Below are positions 59,218 to 64,000 of a DNA stretch of 64,000 nucleotides, in pieces (position 1 is the stretch's first letter; every line of letters starts with the position of its first letter). The stretch spans positions 926,224 through 990,223 of the forward strand of contig CAWAJM010000001.1 in NCBI GenBank assembly GCA_963782445.1, in the 5' to 3' direction. Made by a program: the position numbers and the translations under genes. Under the pieces are notes generated by a model that searched no databases, was not told the origin of the DNA, and saw only the letters and a list, made by a program, of their open reading frames with translations. This stretch comes from an uncultured Gammaproteobacteria bacterium (GTDB lineage: Bacteria > Pseudomonadota > Gammaproteobacteria > Steroidobacterales > Rariloculaceae).

Positions 59218-59293
59218 CGACGATCCGCGCAGCTAGCCTAATGCAGGAATGGGCAGACTATCTCGATCAAACTAAGGCGGATGGCGATTAAGC

Positions 59294-60757
59294 TTATGCG
59301 CCTTGTCGGGTCGACACATCTTCTCCAGGCATCACAAGTGCCGCGGAGGAGTCATCGTCGATCCGATTCGGCCCCCAGCCCTCCGCTAAGAGCGGCAGCT
59401 CTACCCGGAATTCGGAGCCGCAATGCCCGGCGCTCGCGGCTGTGATGTTTCCCTTGTGCGCCTCCACGATCCACCGTCCGATTGCGAGCCCGAGCCCCGC
59501 GCCGCCCCGATCTCGGGAGCGAGCGCGGTCGATGCGGTAAAAGCGCTCGAAGATACGGTCGAGCTCCGCCTGCGCAATGCCGATGCCCGTGTCGCGCACG
59601 GCGCCGACGACGCTCCGGCCCGACACGGTGACAATGACCTCACAGCGCCCGCCGGGCGGCGTGTACTTGATCGCGTTGTCGAGCAGAATCAGAAACAGGC
59701 GGCGGATCGAATGAGCATCCGCCTCGATCCATAAGGGCTCCTCGGGCAACTCGGTCCGCAGAGAAATGCCTTTTGCCTGCGCAAGCACACCTGCCTCTCG
59801 GCAAGCTTCGCCAACGGACTCGACGAAATTGATGCGCCGTCGCGGTAGCTGCGCGTTACCGGCGTCGGCTTTCGCGATCACCAACAGATTCTCGACGAGT
59901 TCCGACGTGCGCTCCAGCTCGACCAGGATGGTTTCGATAGCCTCGTGCCGGTCCGCATCGCCCTCGTCGGACCGGAGGGCGACTTCGGCGGTGGTGCGCA
60001 TCACGGCGAGCGGCGTTCGCAGCTCATGCGACGCGTCGAGCGTGAATTGGGAGACGCGCTTGAAGGCGTGCTCGAGCCGTTCGATCATTTCGTTGAGCGT
60101 TGTGGAGAGCCGCTCGAGCTCGTCGCCCGTTTTCGGCACCGACAGCCGCAGTGAGAGGTTGTCGCTCGTGATTGATCTCGCGGCTTGCGTGATGTCATCG
60201 ACCGGCGTAAGCGCCCGGCGGCTGAGCCAATAGCCGCCTGCCGCGGCGATCAGCAGCACGAGCGGGAACATCGGGAGTAACGCGCCGACCGCAGCAGTCA
60301 GCCCTCGCTCGAGATCGGCGAGCGGTGTCGCGACTTGCACCATATAGCGTTGCCCGTCGACGAGGACTGTGCGAGTGAAGCGGCGCAACGGAACTCCTTC
60401 CCGCGTGACCACGTCATCGACGATCCCGGCCGTCCCAATTCGCGTGTCGTCCGCGGGAGGCGGCACGCCCCGCATCGACTCCGTCCGGTAGAGCACGCGC
60501 CCAGCCTCGTCGTCGACCCGGAAGTAGTCGCCATGGGCGCGAAATTCGTCTTTGACCTCCGGAAGGGCCAGCCGAGTTTGATGCTCCTCGATGAAGCGCC
60601 GGATACCCTCGACCCGCTCGCCGAGCGAGTCGTCGATGGCATGATAGAGATTCTGGCGCACGACCAGCAGCGTCCCGGCGCCGAGCAGTACCAACGCGCA
60701 TGCGAAGGCCGCCGCGTACCGGATCGTCAAGCGGGCGCCGATCGAGCGCAGTCTCAT
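59294..60757 (-). CDS. Sensor histidine kinase (CusS/heavy-metal-sensor-like: TM-periplasmic-TM-HAMP-HisKA-HATPase)
   Basis: Start is MRLRSIGARLTIRYAAAF. The H-box is ASHELRTPLA, followed by LLDNAIKYTPPGG, DTGIGI and GAGLGLAIG. Its start overlaps the regulator stop (ATGA). Confidence 0.88.
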   Translation of the reverse strand: MRLRSIGARLTIRYAAAFACALVLLGAGTLLVVRQNLYHAIDDSLGERVEGIRRFIEEHQTRLALPEVKDEFRAHGDYFRVDDEAGRVLYRTESMRGVPPPADDTRIGTAGIVDDVVTREGVPLRRFTRTVLVDGQRYMVQVATPLADLERGLTAAVGALLPMFPLVLLIAAAGGYWLSRRALTPVDDITQAARSITSDNLSLRLSVPKTGDELERLSTTLNEMIERLEHAFKRVSQFTLDASHELRTPLAVMRTTAEVALRSDEGDADRHEAIETILVELERTSELVENLLVIAKADAGNAQLPRRRINFVESVGEACREAGVLAQAKGISLRTELPEEPLWIEADAHSIRRLFLILLDNAIKYTPPGGRCEVIVTVSGRSVVGAVRDTGIGIAQAELDRIFERFYRIDRARSRDRGGAGLGLAIGRWIVEAHKGNITAASAGHCGSEFRVELPLLAEGWGPNRIDDDSSAALVMPGEDVSTRQGA

Positions 60758-61434
60758 CTCGGCGGGCGCTCCGCCAGGCAATAGCCGACTCCGCGGACCG
60801 TGTGGATCAGCTTTTCATTTGGCGCCCCGTCAACCTTGACGCGGAGCAGGTGAATGAATGCGTCGAGCGTATTGCTTTCAATGCTGCATCCATAGCCCCA
60901 GACCGCTTCGATGAGCGTTTCGCGGGGCACGACCTGGCCCGCTCGATGCGCGAGATAGTGCAGCAGCCTGAATTCACGTCCGCTCAGTGCGATGTGCCGG
61001 CCGGCGCGAAATACTTTGTGGCCGGCAGGATCGAGCTCCAGATCGGCTACCTGTAAGAGCGGTCTGCGAGTGGCCGGGGCGCGGCGGGCAAGCGCCCGCA
61101 TGCGAGCCAGCAGCACCTCGAACGAGAACGGTTTGATCAAGTAGTCGTCGACACCGCTATCGAGGCCTTCGACGATGTTCGGCGGGGCATCCCGAGCCGT
61201 CAGCATGAGGATCGGCGTCTCGACTTTCGCGCCTCGGAGCCGGCGGGCGATCTCGCGGCCGTCGATCCCGGGCAGCATCCAATCGAGGATGATGAGGTCG
61301 TGCTCGACGTTGCGCGCGACATCGTAACCTTCGGGACCATCGTGCGCGAGCAGGATGGAATAGCCCTCCCTCTCGAGGCCCCGCCGCAATTGCTCGGCCA
61401 TTTGACGCTCGTCCTCGACGATCAGCACGCGCAT
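60754..61434 (-). CDS. OmpR/PhoB-family response regulator (CusR-like)
   Basis: The REC domain starts MRVLIVEDE and includes LIILDWMLPGIDG. The winged-helix C-terminus reads LIHTVRGVGYCL. Confidence 0.9.
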   Translation of the reverse strand: MRVLIVEDERQMAEQLRRGLEREGYSILLAHDGPEGYDVARNVEHDLIILDWMLPGIDGREIARRLRGAKVETPILMLTARDAPPNIVEGLDSGVDDYLIKPFSFEVLLARMRALARRAPATRRPLLQVADLELDPAGHKVFRAGRHIALSGREFRLLHYLAHRAGQVVPRETLIEAVWGYGCSIESNTLDAFIHLLRVKVDGAPNEKLIHTVRGVGYCLAERPPR

Positions 61435-61752
61435 TGTGAGGTATCCGACGAGTCAGGCTCCAGAGCGTGAAAGGAGGCGCAACACGAAAGAGGAGGATTG
61501 AAGCCCCTGCCGCCGATTATGCCCGGCTTCGGGCGCCGATCAAATCCGGGTTCGGCTTAGGCGGCTTGAGTCCGTCCTGCTGAAGTCATCCGGCGCCCGC
61601 CCATCCGTCGCAGAGGCGTTCCTCCGGATTTCACTGTCGAAATCGCAGGTTCGATGATCGCTTTGATCACCTTCGCGATCTCGCCCTCCCTGTCGGCCGG
61701 GTAGCTAGAGACGTCTTCAAACGTTTCGCCGAGCTCTCCTTCGTTCTCTCGC

Positions 61753-63255
61753 CTAATGCTGCGCAGGTAGCTTCAGCTGCGGCGAGTCGAGCGGGTTGCC
61801 CAATGCCGTGTAGAGGCGCATCTGCGCCTCGCTGTAGTCGGCCATCGCCTGGACGTTCGCGGCTTGGGCATCGGCGTACGCCTGAAGCGCCTGCAGCGCC
61901 TCGATCGGCAGGCCTTGACGGTCATAGATCCGCCCGCGATTCAGAGCGTAGGCCTCGCTGGCCCGAGCCAAGGCATCGCGCGTCAGTTGGAGCTGTGCCT
62001 CGAGGCTTGTTACGCGCGCGAAGTCCGTTTCGACCTCCGCGCTGATGGCGTCCCGAAGCTTGTCGCGCTCGAGCCCGCGGCGGCGAAGCACGGCTTGCTT
62101 CTCCTCGATCCGGGCTCGATTGCCGAATCCGAAGTGCTCGAACTGCCAGTACAACAGAACGCTCAGGTCGTCCCGATGCGCCGTGTTTTCGATCGACGTT
62201 CCAGGCCCTCCGCCGAAGCGTCCAGTACTATATCCGACCGCAACGCTCGGAATGAACAACCGGTAGTGCTCGGCGCGCAGGTCGTGGTCGGCCGCCGCGA
62301 CGAGAGCGTCGGCCTGATCCGTCTCTGGCCGTTCGGCCAGGGCGCGAGCGATGAGCTGCTGAACGTCGACCTTGTCGGAGACGAACTCGAGCCTCGGCAC
62401 GCCGGTTTCCATGGGATCGAGCTGCACGTCCGGGTCGAGATGCAGCAGGCGCGTAAGCGTCGCGGCGGAGGCCTGGGTCTTCGCCTGGGCCGCCAGCAGC
62501 CGCTGGCGCCAGAGCAGGGGCTGCACGGCGGCCATGTCCGCGTCGGACCGCAAACCTTCGCCGGACTGGGCGTAGCTCGCGGTGATGTCGGCCAGGTCCT
62601 GGGCGCGTTTGAGGGCGTCGGAGGCGGCCTGGACGTTGGCCCGGGCGGCCAGCCAATCGACATAGGCGGCGGCGACGTCGAGCAACACGGCGTGCCGGTT
62701 CGCGTCGGCCGCCGCTTCGACGGCGGCCTGGTTCTGCCGGGCGACGAGCGGCTGAAAAATGGCGTCGGCCACGTCCACGTCGAGGGAGACGCCGGGCAGG
62801 CGCGCGTCGCCGGCGCCGACGGCGCCCATCCCGAGGCCGAAGGACTGCGAGGCGCGGTCGGCGTCGAGCACCTGTCCGCCGGTCTCCTGGAGAGGGCCTT
62901 GATGACGGTTGTAGCCGCTGCCGGCGCGCAGGGTCGGGATGGCGAGGCTGCGCGCCTCGCTGAGGCGGGCGGAGGCTTCGGCCACGCGTTGCACGTAGAT
63001 CGCCACGTCGAGATTGCGCTGATCCGCGAGCTGCAAAGCGGTCGCGAGATCGATGCGCAGCGGCACGTCCTTTGGGATCTGCAGGTCCCCCGAACCGACG
63101 GCTGCGGCACGCTTCGATCCCGCTTCGGATGCGGCTCGCGGCTGCTGTTGCGCGTGCGCGGGGAACGACACGGCGAGACCGAGCAGGATACCGCCGCGCA
63201 AAAAAGGCCCCAATGCCGATCGTCCCGTCCTCACGCTCGTCGCTCGCGCGCTCAT
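61753..63255 (-). CDS. TolC-family outer-membrane efflux protein
   Basis: Start is MSARATSVRTGRS, followed by a signal peptide. It has the two-repeat OEP architecture, with alpha-helical coiled segments alternating with beta segments. Its start overlaps the adaptor stop (ATGA). Confidence 0.8.
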   Translation of the reverse strand: MSARATSVRTGRSALGPFLRGGILLGLAVSFPAHAQQQPRAASEAGSKRAAAVGSGDLQIPKDVPLRIDLATALQLADQRNLDVAIYVQRVAEASARLSEARSLAIPTLRAGSGYNRHQGPLQETGGQVLDADRASQSFGLGMGAVGAGDARLPGVSLDVDVADAIFQPLVARQNQAAVEAAADANRHAVLLDVAAAYVDWLAARANVQAASDALKRAQDLADITASYAQSGEGLRSDADMAAVQPLLWRQRLLAAQAKTQASAATLTRLLHLDPDVQLDPMETGVPRLEFVSDKVDVQQLIARALAERPETDQADALVAAADHDLRAEHYRLFIPSVAVGYSTGRFGGGPGTSIENTAHRDDLSVLLYWQFEHFGFGNRARIEEKQAVLRRRGLERDKLRDAISAEVETDFARVTSLEAQLQLTRDALARASEAYALNRGRIYDRQGLPIEALQALQAYADAQAANVQAMADYSEAQMRLYTALGNPLDSPQLKLPAQH

Positions 63256-64000
63256 CGCGCGATGCGCACCAGCGCGCCGCTCGTGATCGAAGCGGGCGCG
63301 GCGATGACGCGCTCCGAGCCCTGAAGGCCGCTCTTGATCTCCGTCCATTCGCCGTCGTCGAGTCCTAGGTCGACAGGTGTGCGCCGCGCCTCGCTGTCGC
63401 CCGCGACGATATAGACGAACGGGTTACCCTGCTCATAGTGCACGGCGCCGTCCGGCACGACGAGCGCCTGTTTCCGGCTCTCGAGCGCGATGCGCGCCTC
63501 TCCGTAATAGCCCGGCCGGATGCGGCCCTCGGGATTGGGGAGATCGATCTCGACCAGCAGCGTACGCGTGGCGGGATCGAGCGCGCCCGACATGCGCGAA
63601 ACCTTTCCCGTGAAAGGTTTGCCCGGCAGGGCGTCGAAGGCGACGGTCGCGGGATCGCCGATGTCCGCCCACGCCGCGTTGCGCTCCGGCACGTAAGTCT
63701 CCACGCGAATCCGATCGAGCTCCGCGACGCGCAGCAGCGCCTCGCCGTTGCCCTTGGGCGAGCTGGCCTCGAAGACCATGTCGCCCGGATCGATGGAACG
63801 GAAGGTCACGACGCCGTCGAAGGGGGCCTCGATCGTCGCATAAGACAGCTGGGCCTGGATCTGGTCCCGCTTGGCGACGGCGGCATCGAGGCGGCTCTTC
63901 GTCTCCGTCAGCGTCCTCTGCGTGACCGAATTGCGCGCCACGAGTTTCTCGACGCGCCCGTACTCGGACTCGAGCGCCTTCACGTCGGCGGCCGCCGCGT
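63252..64000 (-). CDS. Efflux periplasmic adaptor (HlyD/MFP family), C-terminal ~250 codons; the gene continues past the right edge
   Basis: A coiled-coil hairpin is followed by the lipoyl/beta-barrel block IEAPFDGVVTFRSIDPGDMV and the MP domain block ALVVPDGAV...FVYIV. The frame is open to base 64000. Confidence 0.8.
   Translation of the reverse strand, partial: AAAADVKALESEYGRVEKLVARNSVTQRTLTETKSRLDAAVAKRDQIQAQLSYATIEAPFDGVVTFRSIDPGDMVFEASSPKGNGEALLRVAELDRIRVETYVPERNAAWADIGDPATVAFDALPGKPFTGKVSRMSGALDPATRTLLVEIDLPNPEGRIRPGYYGEARIALESRKQALVVPDGAVHYEQGNPFVYIVAGDSEARRTPVDLGLDDGEWTEIKSGLQGSERVIAAPASITSGALVRIAR

Overview
This is a high-GC (about two-thirds G+C by eye, not computed) proteobacterial chromosome segment. 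Its core gene order matches Pseudomonas-type Gammaproteobacteria. The window has four parts. (1) 0-12.4 kb holds an aldehyde dehydrogenase, a PLD-family lipoprotein, two ferredoxins placed divergently from 2-oxoglutarate:ferredoxin oxidoreductase korAB, and two transporters. (2) 12.4-24.2 kb holds orphan secreted proteins around tRNA-Arg(CCT), a minus-strand signalling array (REC-GGDEF-EAL, PAS kinase, CheY-like regulator, HAMP kinase), and a cluster of uncharacterised envelope proteins (DUF4397, tandem STAS, DUF3187, lipoprotein cytochrome c, DUF5658). (3) 24.3-40.3 kb is core: sucA-sucB-lpdA, then yebC-ruvCAB-ybgC-tolQRAB-pal-cpoB-queE-queC and tRNA-Lys(UUU). (4) 40.3-59.3 kb is a lower-GC accessory block next to tRNA-Lys. 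It encodes arabinoxylan side-chain esterases, a GH51 arabinofuranosidase and a complete oxidative (Weimberg-type) L-arabinose route to 2-oxoglutarate, mixed with at least five decayed gene remnants. A CusRS-like two-component pair and a partial efflux adaptor/OMP pair follow. I found no CRISPR array, transposase, integrase, rRNA or recognisable defence system. The most unusual features are: the pentonate pathway, which looks assembled from the survivors of two paralogous modules; a palindromic GGGGTCAGAGCCC-core repeat family at operon ends; three rare-codon AT-rich patches inside sucA; and the DUF3187/cytochrome c envelope cluster. All calls rest on motif recognition by eye, and no database search was possible.
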